Positions 37,915 to 46,805 of a DNA stretch of 64,000 nt are shown here, piece by piece. The notes under the pieces were generated by a model. That model had not been told where the DNA came from. It did not search any database and saw only the letters and a list, made by a program, of their open reading frames with translations. The stretch's first letter is position 1; every line of letters starts with the position of its first letter. The translations under genes were made by a program, and so were the position numbers. This DNA comes from Oscillospiraceae bacterium (GTDB lineage Bacteria > Bacillota > Clostridia > Oscillospirales > Ruminococcaceae). The stretch covers positions 9,219 to 73,218 of the forward strand of contig JAUNJJ010000008.1 of assembly GCA_030533325.1 (NCBI GenBank), read 5' to 3'.

Positions 37915-38985
37915 TCAGTTTTTAAGCTTGTACACCCAATTGAACTTGTCTTCAATCTTACCGTACTGAATACCTGTCATTGTATCATAGAGCTTCTGTG
38001 AAATACTACCGATCTTATTGTCGTTGATAGTCATAACCTTATCGCCCCACTTGAGTGTACCAACAGGGGAAATAACAGCAGCTGTACCTGTACCAAACAC
38101 TTCCTGAAGTTTGCCCGAGTCATATGCATCAGCCACTTCCTGGATTGTAATTCTCTTTTCAGAAACTTTCATGCCCCAGCTTTTACAGAGTTCAAGAACT
38201 GACTTGCGTGTGATACCTGAGAGAATTGATCCCTGAAGAGCAGGTGTAACAACTTCATTATCAATAATAAAGAAGATGTTCATAGCGCCAACTTCTTCAA
38301 TATACTTCTTCTCAACACCATCGAGCCAGAGAACCTGTGAGTAGTTCTGCTTGTGTGCTTCATCCTGTCCGATGAGAGAAGCAGCATAGTTGCCGCCTGT
38401 CTTTGTGAAGCCCATACCGCCCTTAACTGCACGAACGTAGTTTGATTCTACGTAAATGCTTACAGGATTGAGACCTGTTGAGTAGTATGCACCTGAAGGT
38501 GAGAGAATGATGATGAACATATAGCTGTCTGCAGGACGTACACCAAGGAACGGATCACATGCGATAATAAACGGTCTTATGTAAAGTGAAGCACCATCTG
38601 TATGAGGAACCCAGTCCTTTTCAATACTTACAAGTTTGTCAAGGGCTTCAATGCAGAAATCAACATCGATCTGAGGAATAACAAGTCTTTCGTTTGAAAC
38701 GTTAAGTCTTTTGAAGTTTTCTTCAGGTCTGAACAGCTGAATGCTGCCATCTGCTGTTCTGTAAGCCTTGAGTCCTTCAAATACTTCCTGTGCGTAGTGG
38801 AGACACATAGCAGCAGGACTGAGTTCCAGAGGAGCATAAGGTACGATTCGTGCATCGTGCCATCCCTGACCCTTGTCGTAATTCATTATGAACATGTGGT
38901 CTGTAAATACATGACCAAATCCAAGGTTGTTTTCATCAGTCGGTTTTTCCTTTGGAGTTTTTGTAAGTTCTACGCGGATATCCAT
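37915..38985 (-). CDS. ilvE: Branched-chain-amino-acid aminotransferase
   Basis: Class IV aminotransferase motifs, about 356 aa, typical IlvE N-terminus (..LGFGHVFTDHMF..). Confidence 0.85.
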   Translation of the reverse strand: MDIRVELTKTPKEKPTDENNLGFGHVFTDHMFIMNYDKGQGWHDARIVPYAPLELSPAAMCLHYAQEVFEGLKAYRTADGSIQLFRPEENFKRLNVSNERLVIPQIDVDFCIEALDKLVSIEKDWVPHTDGASLYIRPFIIACDPFLGVRPADSYMFIIILSPSGAYYSTGLNPVSIYVESNYVRAVKGGMGFTKTGGNYAASLIGQDEAHKQNYSQVLWLDGVEKKYIEEVGAMNIFFIIDNEVVTPALQGSILSGITRKSVLELCKSWGMKVSEKRITIQEVADAYDSGKLQEVFGTGTAAVISPVGTLKWGDKVMTINDNKIGSISQKLYDTMTGIQYGKIEDKFNWVYKLKN

Positions 38986-39073
38986 TTTAAATCAGCCTTT
39001 CATTATATATTGATTTTTTTATAATCAGAATGTCAGACGTGGCATTCTGGTGATGTCGTATAAATAACACTTA

Positions 39074-39193
39074 TCAGATACTGATATATCTTTTTTTGTA
39101 TTTTCTGCAGATATAGTCCGCAGCTGATTTTACAGTAACTATAGTTGCGATAACAGTTACAGTTATTACAAGTGCTCTGAAAAACTTTTTCAT
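39074..39193 (-). CDS. 39-aa hydrophobic small peptide (MKKFFRALVITVTVIATIVTVKSAADYICRKYKKRYISI) with strong ribosome binding site
   Basis: GGAGGT ribosome binding site 8 nt upstream of ATG; TGATATAAT extended -10 upstream; one transmembrane-like helix rich in Val/Ile/Thr plus a basic C-terminal tail; 88 nt upstream of ilvE on the same strand. The ORF-track 63-aa ORF here is in another frame and swallows the ribosome binding site. Confidence 0.5.
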   Translation of the reverse strand: MKKFFRALVITVTVIATIVTVKSAADYICRKYKKRYISI

Positions 39194-39393
39194 CGATTTT
39201 AACCTCCGAAAAATGATTTATCAATGATAATGCAGAAACTGCACTCTTTTATAATTATATCACATTTGCAGTCGATTTACTATACCGGATTTAAAAAAAA
39301 TAAATTTTTTTATTATTATTTGGTTAAAGTATTTCTTTTTTCAGAATAATTTGTTATAATAAATATGTATTTATTTATGAACGGGGGAGTAAA

Positions 39394-40782
39394 TTGAACA
39401 AATATAAAAAGCTGGCGGCCAATACTATTATATTTTCGCTCGGCTCATTCAGCTCAAAAATTTTAAGTATACTTCTGCTGAGACTTTATACAGGTTATAT
39501 GACGGAAGCGGATTTTTCCGTTGCAGGTAAGATTCAGAACATTATCAATCTTCTTGGACCGGTTGTTACCCTGAGTATTTCAGAGAGTATTCTCAGATAT
39601 GGACTTAATAAAAAATACAACAGAAAAAGTGTTTATTCAACTGGTGTGATCACCGGTCTTACAGGTATGGCAGTCGGTATGATTATTCTGTGGCTGATAG
39701 CTTCATTTACACAGTATAAACCTTATCTGCCTCTGATGATGGTATTTCTTTTCACTTCAGAGTTCAGGTGGATGCAGCAGCAGTACACAAAGGTCAGAAA
39801 CTGTATTAAACTCTATACAGTCGACAGTATCCTGTCGACAATTTCACTTGTGCTTTTCTCACTTCTTTTTATGGTAGTGTTTGAGATGGGCATAAAGGGA
39901 TATATTCTGTCAATTATACTTTCAGACCTCTGCTCAATATTTTTCCTGATGTATTTCGCATGTATGATGCCTGATTTAAAACCTGCATATGTTGACACTA
40001 AACTCAGGAAAAACATGATAAGGTACAGTATGCCGCTTATTCCTACCGCTGTTCTCTGGTGGGTTGTAAGTTCCTCTGATCTTTTTATGGTTTCAGGATT
40101 CTGCGGTGAAGACGTAAACGGTCTTTATACTGCGGCATACAAGATTCCGAATCTTATTTCATTTGTGTCAGTCATATTCTTCAGAGCATGGCAGATATCA
40201 GCTATTACTGAGTATAACTCGAAGGAAAGAGCCGGATACTATACCAAGGTGTTCGGGGCTTATGTTTCCATGATGTTCGTAGCAGCCTCCGGAATAATGA
40301 TGCTGCTTCGCCCGGTAACACAATTTCTTACTGCAGAGAAATTCTGGGGTTCATATAAAATGGCGCCGTTCCTTGTTGTCGGAGTACTGATGCAGAGTTT
40401 CTGCAATTTTCTCAGCAGTATCTACAATGCGGCAAACAACAACACAAAGTCGCTTACAACCAGTGCAGCGGCAGCAGGTATTAACTTTGCGCTGAATCTG
40501 ATTCTTATTCCGTTCGTCGAAGTTCAGGGTGCAGCATTTGCTACTATGGCAGCGTATCTCAGCTGCTTTGTAATAAGACTTTTTGATACACAGAAAATAG
40601 CGGGATATAAGATAGATTTCAATAATCTCATTATTAACCTGTGTATCCTTATACTTATGGCAGTTGTCATACTCGCCGATGCCCCGTTCATGACACTCTG
40701 GCTCGTCGCCGGCTTCGTCGCGACTTTAGCTGTAAATCTGAAATCACTTCTTCAGACCGCATCCAGACTTTTAAGAAGATAA
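39394..40782 (+). CDS. Polysaccharide biosynthesis flippase (Wzx/MOP superfamily)
   Basis: TTG start after GGGGGAG ribosome binding site; 12-14 transmembrane helices; N-terminus similar to O-antigen/teichoic-acid flippases. Confidence 0.7.
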   Translation: MNKYKKLAANTIIFSLGSFSSKILSILLLRLYTGYMTEADFSVAGKIQNIINLLGPVVTLSISESILRYGLNKKYNRKSVYSTGVITGLTGMAVGMIILWLIASFTQYKPYLPLMMVFLFTSEFRWMQQQYTKVRNCIKLYTVDSILSTISLVLFSLLFMVVFEMGIKGYILSIILSDLCSIFFLMYFACMMPDLKPAYVDTKLRKNMIRYSMPLIPTAVLWWVVSSSDLFMVSGFCGEDVNGLYTAAYKIPNLISFVSVIFFRAWQISAITEYNSKERAGYYTKVFGAYVSMMFVAASGIMMLLRPVTQFLTAEKFWGSYKMAPFLVVGVLMQSFCNFLSSIYNAANNNTKSLTTSAAAAGINFALNLILIPFVEVQGAAFATMAAYLSCFVIRLFDTQKIAGYKIDFNNLIINLCILILMAVVILADAPFMTLWLVAGFVATLAVNLKSLLQTASRLLRR

Positions 40783-40858
40783 TGTGCAAATAAAAATCAC
40801 TCCCGTTTTTTATTCGGGAGTGATTTTTTTATTTTATGTTGCTGTTTATCAGTTAAAA

Positions 40859-43261
40859 TTACTTAATGCCCCAGATATCTCTTGCGTATTCATTAACAGC
40901 TCTGTCAGCTGAGAATATACCTGCACCGGCAATGTTCTGAAGTGACATCTTAAGCCATGTATACTTGTCATTGTAAAGTTCAGTTGCACGCTTCTGAGCT
41001 TCACGGTATGAATCAAAGTCAGCAAGAACCATGTACGGGTCCTGATTCTGAAGTGAATTTGCAACTTCACTGAATGCACATCCGTTGATTCCGCTGTAGA
41101 TACGGTCTACAGCCTTTTTGATTGTTTCATTTGAATCATAGTAGCTCTTAGGATTGTATCCGGCTTTCTTCTTTGCAGTAACTTCATCAGCTGTCATACC
41201 GAAGATGATGATGTTTTCGTCACCTACAGCCTGCTTAATCTCAACGTTTGCACCGTCAAGAGTACCAAGCGTAACTGCACCGTTGAGCATAAGCTTCATG
41301 TTTCCTGTACCGGAAGCTTCAGTACCTGCAAGAGAAATCTGTTCTGAGATATCGCTTGCCGGCATGAGAAGTTCAGAAAGTGTAACCTTGTAGTCTTCAA
41401 GGAAGAATACGCTGAGCTTCTTTGAAATCTTAGGATTTTTTCTGATTTCCTGTGATATGTTCCAGATCATCTTGATAATCTGCTTTGCAAGATAGTATCC
41501 CGGAGCAGCCTTTGCAGCGAATATGTATGTCTTTGGTGTGAAGTCTGCGTCAGGATTTTCAAGGAGATAGTTGTAATCTGCAATGATGTTAAGTGCATTA
41601 AGGTGCTGACGCTTGTATTCGTGAAGTCTCTTTACCTGAACATCGAATATGCTGTCCGGATCTATATCGAAGTCAAGATTGCAGTAGGTTTTACAGTATT
41701 TGAGGAAGTTTTCCTTGTTTTTGCGCTTAATCTTTGCAAGTTCATCAAGAACAGTCTTATCGTCAGCGAAAAGGCTGAACTTTTTAAGTTCGCTGCCGTC
41801 CTTCAGGAAAGCATCGCCTATTTTGTCTTTGAGAAGCTGTGTAAGACCAGGATTTGACTGGTAGAGCCAGCGTCTGTATGCGATACCGTTTGTAACATTC
41901 TTGAACTTATGCGGATAGTACTGATATTCGTCTGAGAAAACATCGTGCTTGATAATCTCGGAGTGAAGCTTTGATACGCCGTTTACGCTGTGTGATGTAG
42001 CAACACAGAGAGAAGCCATGTGGATGCAGTTGTTCTTTATGATGGACATGCGGCTTGTCTTGTCGTAGTTGTTGTCTGTGAGCTGAGCAAGCTTTGCGCA
42101 GTATCTGTTGTTAATCTCTACTATAATTGAGAAGATTCTCGGAACGATATTCTTAAGAAGGTTGACATCCCACTTTTCAAGAGCTTCTGCCATAACTGTG
42201 TGGTTAGTGTAGGCGAATGTGTTCTTTGTGATGTGCCATGCCTTATCCCATGAGTATCCGCAGTCATCAAGAAGGATTCTCATAAGTTCAGGAATTGCAA
42301 GTGTAGGATGAGTATCATTGATATGAATTGCAACCTTTTCATGGAGGTTTTCAAGTGTTCCGTATACTGACATGTGATTTGTAACGATATCTCCGATTGA
42401 CGCAGCGCAGAGGAAGTACTGCTGTCTGAGTCTGAGCGACTTGCCTTCGAGATGGTTATCGTTAGGATAAAGTACCTTTGAGATTGCGTTTGCAATGCTG
42501 TTCTGTCCAAGAGCCTTTGCGTAGTCACCCTGATTGAACATAGCCATATCAAAGCTTGGTGACTTTGCTGTCCAGAGTCTCAGTACTGAAACACCCTCAC
42601 TGTTATATCCTGAAACATACATGTCACACGGAATAGCAAGAACTGTGCTGTAATTCTGATGTGATACATGGTGATACTGATTGTCCCAGTATTCGTTAAG
42701 TTCACCTTCGAAATGTACCTCGATTGCCTTTTCAGGTTTAGGATCGAGCCATACATCCCCGCCCGGCATCCAGTTGTCAGGAAGTTCAGTCTGCCATCCT
42801 TCGTCAATCTTCTGTTTGAAGATTCCGTATTCATAGCAGATGGAATAACCCATCGCCGGTATTTCCTGAGTTGCCATCGCATCAAGGTAGCATGCAGCAA
42901 GTCTGCCGAGACCGCCGTTTCCGAGACCTGCGTCAGGTTCGTTTTCGTATATCTGTTCGAGGTTGATTTTGTATTCGCTGAGAATACTTCTTACGTCCTC
43001 AACTATTTCAAGATTGTAAAGGCTGGTTTTTAATGATCTCCCCATAAGAAATTCCATGGAAAGATAGTAAACCTGTTTTTTTCCTTCGGAATTGATCTTG
43101 TTGTTGAAGCTGTTTCGTTTTTCCCCCAGGTAACGCATTACTATTGAAGAAAGTGCGTTGTAAACCTGAAGGTCGGACGCAGCATCAGGTGCCGCATTGT
43201 AATCTGCTTTGAGTACTCTTTCAAGCTCCTGCTTGATATAATCCCTGGTCATCTTTTTCAT
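40859..43261 (-). CDS. glgP: Glycogen/alpha-glucan phosphorylase
   Basis: Phosphorylase family motifs (NGGLGRLAACYLD, PLP-site region EASGTGNMK). Start chosen at MKKMTRDY (GGAGAAAAAAAG ribosome binding site); the ORF-track start at 43378 adds a hydrophobic extension. Confidence 0.85.
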   Translation of the reverse strand: MKKMTRDYIKQELERVLKADYNAAPDAASDLQVYNALSSIVMRYLGEKRNSFNNKINSEGKKQVYYLSMEFLMGRSLKTSLYNLEIVEDVRSILSEYKINLEQIYENEPDAGLGNGGLGRLAACYLDAMATQEIPAMGYSICYEYGIFKQKIDEGWQTELPDNWMPGGDVWLDPKPEKAIEVHFEGELNEYWDNQYHHVSHQNYSTVLAIPCDMYVSGYNSEGVSVLRLWTAKSPSFDMAMFNQGDYAKALGQNSIANAISKVLYPNDNHLEGKSLRLRQQYFLCAASIGDIVTNHMSVYGTLENLHEKVAIHINDTHPTLAIPELMRILLDDCGYSWDKAWHITKNTFAYTNHTVMAEALEKWDVNLLKNIVPRIFSIIVEINNRYCAKLAQLTDNNYDKTSRMSIIKNNCIHMASLCVATSHSVNGVSKLHSEIIKHDVFSDEYQYYPHKFKNVTNGIAYRRWLYQSNPGLTQLLKDKIGDAFLKDGSELKKFSLFADDKTVLDELAKIKRKNKENFLKYCKTYCNLDFDIDPDSIFDVQVKRLHEYKRQHLNALNIIADYNYLLENPDADFTPKTYIFAAKAAPGYYLAKQIIKMIWNISQEIRKNPKISKKLSVFFLEDYKVTLSELLMPASDISEQISLAGTEASGTGNMKLMLNGAVTLGTLDGANVEIKQAVGDENIIIFGMTADEVTAKKKAGYNPKSYYDSNETIKKAVDRIYSGINGCAFSEVANSLQNQDPYMVLADFDSYREAQKRATELYNDKYTWLKMSLQNIAGAGIFSADRAVNEYARDIWGIK

Positions 43262-43567
43262 CTTTTTTTCTCCGTTCTCCGGTTTGCTCCTATTCGTCGT
43301 TTTGATAAATAGCACATAAATCCGGTAATTGAAAATCAGTGATATGTATAAAACAAACACTATACCTATATTATACACGAATTAAAAAATAAATTCAATA
43401 CTTTCGGCAAAACAAATTTTATTGCAGGGATATATTCCTGTGGTATATATCTGCGGTGATAAAATAGAAGGTAAAAAAATCTGACGGTATTCTGCATACA
43501 TGTCGCTGGTCTAAAGTGTGCATATTAACAAATCCACGATATGAAACAAAAAAAATTATATAAACTA

Positions 43568-43596
43568 TTGACAGCGAATGTATGAGGTGGTATACT
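43568..43596 (+). promoter_or_regulatory. Promoter of a long riboswitch-containing leader
   Basis: TTGACA-17-TATACT. Confidence 0.5.
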
Positions 43597-43764
43597 GAAT
43601 ACAGAAGTTAAGTTGAAGTTAATTATTTCGGAACTTGTCTTCTTTTCTAACCTGAACATCTGACAACATCTTACTCATTCATCTTACTACTTTATCAGTA
43701 CACATTTTTTAATGATTTTATCTTTCATCTTACTACTCAAAATAATAAAATAGTAAAAATTTAA

Positions 43765-43860
43765 ATATTGGGCAAACTTGCTGAAAGGCAAGGACGCAAA
43801 GCTAACGGGTCTAAACCGATAATAAGAGGGTATGACAGCCAGCTGCACAATTTTTAAACG
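43765..43860 (+). ncRNA. c-di-GMP-I (GEMM) riboswitch aptamer candidate
   Basis: GGGCAAAC-uugcuGAAAggcaa-GGACGCAAAGCUAACGGGUCUAAACCG...UGACAGCCAGCUGC matches, from memory, the conserved GEMM core (GCAAAC, GNRA loop, GGACGCAAAGC..GGG, RCAGCCRGYUGC). A downstream terminator at 43896..43927 acts as the expression platform. Confidence 0.75.
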
Positions 43861-43895
43861 AACCATTAAAAAGGGCGTTTATGGTTGGAACTTAA

Positions 43896-43927
43896 GGCTG
43901 ATACCTAAAAAGTATCAGCCTTTTATT
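43896..43927 (+). terminator. Leader terminator (riboswitch expression platform)
   Basis: ggctgatacc-uaaaaa-gtatcagcc + TTTT, 50 nt before the ribosome binding site of the downstream gene. Confidence 0.65.
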
Positions 43928-43977
43928 ATTTTTAATATTAAAATTATTTGAGTAAATAAAAAACGGGAGGAATCGTT

Positions 43978-46170
43978 ATGAGAAAAGTTGCAAAATTTTT
44001 TAGCGGACTTTTATCCGCTTCTCTTGCATTTAATTTTGCAGCACCAGCTGTATCACAGTATATTGCTGCAGCAGAGACTGAGATTGCAAGTCTGAGTGAA
44101 GTTGTAAGAGCGGGTTTTGAAAATTATGAAACATCCATAGATATAAGCAGGTTTAAACTTACTGCAGAAGATTTTCCTCGAATTTCAGAGGTGGTTAACT
44201 ATGTAAGAACAATTCCTGAGCTTTTCTATATTTCCGTGGATGGAAATGTGGGAGTTTCCCAGGTGTGGAGCGACAGTGAACAGAAAGCTTTTGTAAGCAC
44301 GCTTAATATAAAGTATAACAATACTTATGAAGAGGCAAAGCCTCTTATAGATGAATTCAATGCAAAAGCTGACGAGATAATAAGCGAAGTTATAACGGAT
44401 GATATGTCTGAACTTCAGAAAGCACTTAAGCTTCATGACTATCTCGTACTTAATACAGTATATGATACAACAGGCGAACTCCCGGACTTAAACAAAGGTT
44501 CATCTGCATATGATATTTTAGTGTGCGGAAACGGTATCTGTCAGGGATATGCACAGGCATACAATGTTCTTCTCCAGAGAGCCGGTATGGATTCAATAAT
44601 GGTTGTAAGCTATGATATGAAACATGCATGGAATCTTGTAAGCGTTGACGACGAATGGTATCATGTTGACGTTACATGGGATGACCCGGTTCCGGATTCT
44701 CCTGGTCTGGTTAATCACAAGTATTTTCTCCTCTCAGACGACGAGATACAGAAGGAGACTGATACAAGACATGAGCACAGGAACTGGGATGCAAAGGGAT
44801 TTACGGCAACTTCGACAAAGTATGACAATGCTTTCTGGGTTGATGTAAGAACTGAAATTATCTGTCAGGGCGACCGCTGGTACTATATGAGCGGTTCCGG
44901 CGAATACAGCACATACATAGAGTCAACCGGTGAAGTAAATACAAACGTCAGTGTCTGCGAAGAATCATGGCCTGACTGGAACAATCCGGCAGCTTTCTAC
45001 ACAGCAAAGTACTCAAGCCTCATTATTTCAGACGGAGTACTCCTGTTCAACACACCTACACATATTTACAAGATGAATCTTGATGGTTCGAACAAGCAGG
45101 GGCTTAGATATATACATCCGAATGAAGTAAACGGTTATATATACGGGCTTAGCATTATGGATGACAAGCTTTATGCAGTTATCAAACAGGAACCGCTTGA
45201 CGAAGGTACACTTTATGAAGTTAAGGACGTTGACATTCATGCCATTAAGTTTGAAGGCAAGGTTTCAGTAATAGATACTCTTCTTGCAGATATCTTGTAT
45301 ATGGAAGACGGTTCTTCCAAAAAATACAATATGGATACTGAGACAATCCTTCCTGCAGAGGCTATTGAATGCATGAAGGGCAAAGATATCAGGCTTACAC
45401 TTGAACTCGACGGCTATAACTGGGATATCAGCGGCAAAAACGTTACTACTGAAGAAGCAAACGATCTTAATCTTGAAATCAAACGCGATCAGGGTTTAAT
45501 TCCTGACGAGATGGTTGCTTCAGTTTCAAATGCAACTTCAAAGTGCATTGAGCTTAACCTTACACATAATGGTGAATTCGGCCTTTCGGCTGATATAAAC
45601 TATAATGTCGGCACAGAACTTTCAAACAAAATAGCGATTTTATATTACTACAATCAGGCCGAATCGACAATGGATCAGCTGGAATTCACAATGATTGATA
45701 ATGAAGGTAACATTAACCTTAATCTTTATCATGCATCGAGTTATGCAGTAATCGTTCAGGATGCCCAGAGTCCTTCAGACCCTATAATATCCGAACAGGA
45801 GAAACCACCTCAAACTGAAGAACCTGCAGTTACGACAGTAGCTACAGACAAGGCTCCGGAGGAAACAACTGTCGCTTCTTCAGAAACAACAGTATCTGAA
45901 ACTACTACTGTAACATCAGAGACAACAGCGGCTGAAACTACAATTGACAGTTCAATCGAAGTTGAACCTGAAGTATTAAAGGGCGACATCACAATGAACG
46001 GTGCAGTTGATGTAACAGATCTTACTTACTTATCACTTGCATGTCTTAAGGAATACACACTTTCTGACATTCAGTTCAAAGCAGCTGACGTAAACGAAGA
46101 CGGTAAGGTAAACCTTTCAGACCTTGCAAGAGTAAGACAGCGTATATCAAACATTATCGAAAAGTTATGA
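43978..46170 (+). CDS. Secreted transglutaminase-like (Cys-His-Asp) protein with C-terminal dockerin
   Basis: Signal peptide; TGase-like core CQGYAQAY...HAWNLV...DVTWDD; Thr/Glu/Pro linker; dockerin loops (DITMNGAVDVTDL / DVNEDGKVNLSDL). Confidence 0.75.
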   Translation: MRKVAKFFSGLLSASLAFNFAAPAVSQYIAAAETEIASLSEVVRAGFENYETSIDISRFKLTAEDFPRISEVVNYVRTIPELFYISVDGNVGVSQVWSDSEQKAFVSTLNIKYNNTYEEAKPLIDEFNAKADEIISEVITDDMSELQKALKLHDYLVLNTVYDTTGELPDLNKGSSAYDILVCGNGICQGYAQAYNVLLQRAGMDSIMVVSYDMKHAWNLVSVDDEWYHVDVTWDDPVPDSPGLVNHKYFLLSDDEIQKETDTRHEHRNWDAKGFTATSTKYDNAFWVDVRTEIICQGDRWYYMSGSGEYSTYIESTGEVNTNVSVCEESWPDWNNPAAFYTAKYSSLIISDGVLLFNTPTHIYKMNLDGSNKQGLRYIHPNEVNGYIYGLSIMDDKLYAVIKQEPLDEGTLYEVKDVDIHAIKFEGKVSVIDTLLADILYMEDGSSKKYNMDTETILPAEAIECMKGKDIRLTLELDGYNWDISGKNVTTEEANDLNLEIKRDQGLIPDEMVASVSNATSKCIELNLTHNGEFGLSADINYNVGTELSNKIAILYYYNQAESTMDQLEFTMIDNEGNINLNLYHASSYAVIVQDAQSPSDPIISEQEKPPQTEEPAVTTVATDKAPEETTVASSETTVSETTTVTSETTAAETTIDSSIEVEPEVLKGDITMNGAVDVTDLTYLSLACLKEYTLSDIQFKAADVNEDGKVNLSDLARVRQRISNIIEKL

Positions 46171-46210
46171 TATTTTCAAACAAATAGTGTTTTTCTCATA
46201 TTTCCTTGGG

Positions 46211-46242
46211 AAATACCCCTGCTAAGGCAGGGGTATTTTCTT
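46211..46242 (+). terminator. Intrinsic terminator
   Basis: aaatacccctgc-taag-gcaggggtatttt. Confidence 0.65.
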
Positions 46243-46342
46243 TGTGTAAAAATTTTTCCGGATTGAATGAATTGTTGGTAATCACCAATGCAGGAGGGTG
46301 CTGTAAACGGAATTTTATTGAAAAAAACAGAGATAAAGCTAT

Positions 46343-46371
46343 TGACAAATTTCGATTTAAGAGTTATAATT
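46343..46371 (+). promoter_or_regulatory. Promoter of the ylxM-ffh operon
   Basis: TTGACA-17-TATAAT. Confidence 0.55.
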
Positions 46372-46416
46372 GTAAAGGTTTCAAACTTTACAAACTTACT
46401 CACAGGAGGCGGGTGT

Positions 46417-46779
46417 ATGGCGAAAAACCTCGATTATGCAATGCTTCTTGATTTTTACGGAGATCTTCTTACCGAAAAGCAGCGCGATATCATGCAGCTT
46501 TACTATTATGAAGATCTTTCGCTTTCTGAGATAGCGGAAAACGAGAACATATCACGTCAGGGAGTGCATGATGCAATAAAACATGCAGAGCAGTATCTTG
46601 ATGATTTTGAGAAAAAGGTCGGTTTTGTCAGAAAGATGAACCAGTACCGCGGTATACTTGAACAGATAAGAAACTGCACTGAAGAGTACAGCAAAAAATA
46701 CGGCTATCAGAAAAGTATTTCTGAGTATTCCGAAAAGATAATGAACTGTATTGAACAGAGTGAAGAACTGTTCAGATAA
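46417..46779 (+). CDS. ylxM: UPF0122 protein YlxM (sigma-70 region-4-like HTH protein preceding ffh)
   Basis: MAKNLDYAMLLDFYGDLLTEKQRDIMQLYYYEDLSLSEIAE..; GGAGG ribosome binding site. The ORF-track start at 46288 lacks a ribosome binding site. Confidence 0.85.
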   Translation: MAKNLDYAMLLDFYGDLLTEKQRDIMQLYYYEDLSLSEIAENENISRQGVHDAIKHAEQYLDDFEKKVGFVRKMNQYRGILEQIRNCTEEYSKKYGYQKSISEYSEKIMNCIEQSEELFR

Positions 46780-46805
46780 TACTGTAAAGGAGGGCTTCTT
46801 AAATT

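Noticed and set aside
38986-39073. Transcription-attenuation leader for ilvE
   Set aside because: Only a 7-bp stem without a following U-run lies between the Val/Ile/Thr-rich peptide and ilvE, and no alternative antiterminator pairing is evident. Kept only as a hypothesis under the peptide finding.
39033-39224. 63-aa minus-strand ORF MINHFSEVKIDEK... from the ORF track
   Set aside because: Its start codon lies upstream of and overlapping the GGAGGT ribosome binding site. The 39-aa frame that starts 8 nt after that site is the better-supported product.
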